Source: Carcharhinus amblyrhynchos
Taxonomy: Eukaryota
DNA: 64,000 bases
Direction of reading: 5' to 3'
NCBI GenBank assembly: GCA_965287045.1
Contig: OZ336885.1
Span: forward strand, 36,890,001-36,954,000
This document shows, one piece after another, positions 63,306 to 64,000 of the stretch (the stretch's first letter is position 1; each line of letters begins with the position of its first letter). The notes beneath the pieces were generated by a model, which did not search any database, had not been told where the DNA came from, and saw only the letters and a list, made by a program, of their open reading frames with translations. Position numbers and translations under genes: made by a program.

Positions 63306-64000
63306 GTTTTACTTTACAATGGTGCAAATACATGAAGACTAATATACGAGTAATAAAAGGTATTGAAATTATAATTGTGGGCCTGGGATTGTCCAGTTAA
63401 TTGGGCTTATCAGATATTAGTTCCAAACACTTAGCTTGTGTGAAATTCCTTTGCCTGCTATATTTAAAGGAGAACTTAATTTGGAAACGTAAACAGGTTC
63501 AGCTTTTGCATTCTAATGGCCAAAGAGCTCAATTTGAAAGCAAAAGCATTTAGAAAAAGACAGATTTGACACACCGAGGATTTGAATTACAAAAGTGACG
63601 CTGCAACATTAACAGATTTGTTCTGCTGCCCAAGTGGAAGCCATGTTAAATCCAATATTCCCTGTTGATAGTTTTAGTTAAGAATGCCATATATGTTGGA
63701 TCCTTCATGCTTGCATGTTAAGTGGAGCAGGCATTGAAAGTTAAGGAAGCTTCACTGACATTTATTTAGAATGTTGTACTTTCAATTGCTCTAAGTCTGT
63801 ACTTTATTTCACGGAATGATTGTCTGAAATAGAAAATCCATAATGTTCTGAATGACAACATTAGCCTAATGTAAGATATGTTGTATTGAAGCTGGTTCTA
63901 ATTCATTTTACAAAAAGTCCCATACAATGACTCATTTCTAATTATTCACCACATGCCGTTTATTTTAAGAAGCTATAATTATAGCTACATTTGGTATTTT

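Overview
Eukaryotic, repeat-rich genomic DNA from an elasmobranch (shark-type HE1/V-SINEs and CR1/HER1 LINEs). The only host gene is the 3' part of an NFATC2 (NFAT1) orthologue on the minus strand. Three coding exons lie at 62112-62167, 59117-59246 and 56385-57239, followed by a ~51-kb intron and a terminal exon (CDS 5014-5072, VNEIIRKDLSGLTATSQSS*), with a probable long 3'UTR running toward the window start. All splice sites are canonical and the reading phases join cleanly. The remainder is decayed CR1, L2, RTE, Rex1-like and Penelope-like retroelements, several SINE families, Harbinger-like MITEs and a 26-bp minisatellite. Apart from the ORF covering the large NFATC2 exon, the ORF-track entries are TE fragments or noise. 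The most notable observations are: (1) two Penelope-type minimal hammerhead ribozyme cores on the NFATC2 sense strand, one in a TSD-flanked inverted-repeat element and one with a compensatory U3-A8 core; (2) candidate alternative C-terminal exons; (3) an expanded HSPT repeat in the protein; (4) two V-SINE subfamilies with different 3' tails; and (5) an inverted SINE pair bracketing a frame-preserving 3-exon block. No CRISPR, rRNA or genuine tRNA gene was seen. Family names come from motif recognition, not database searches, and TE boundaries are approximate.
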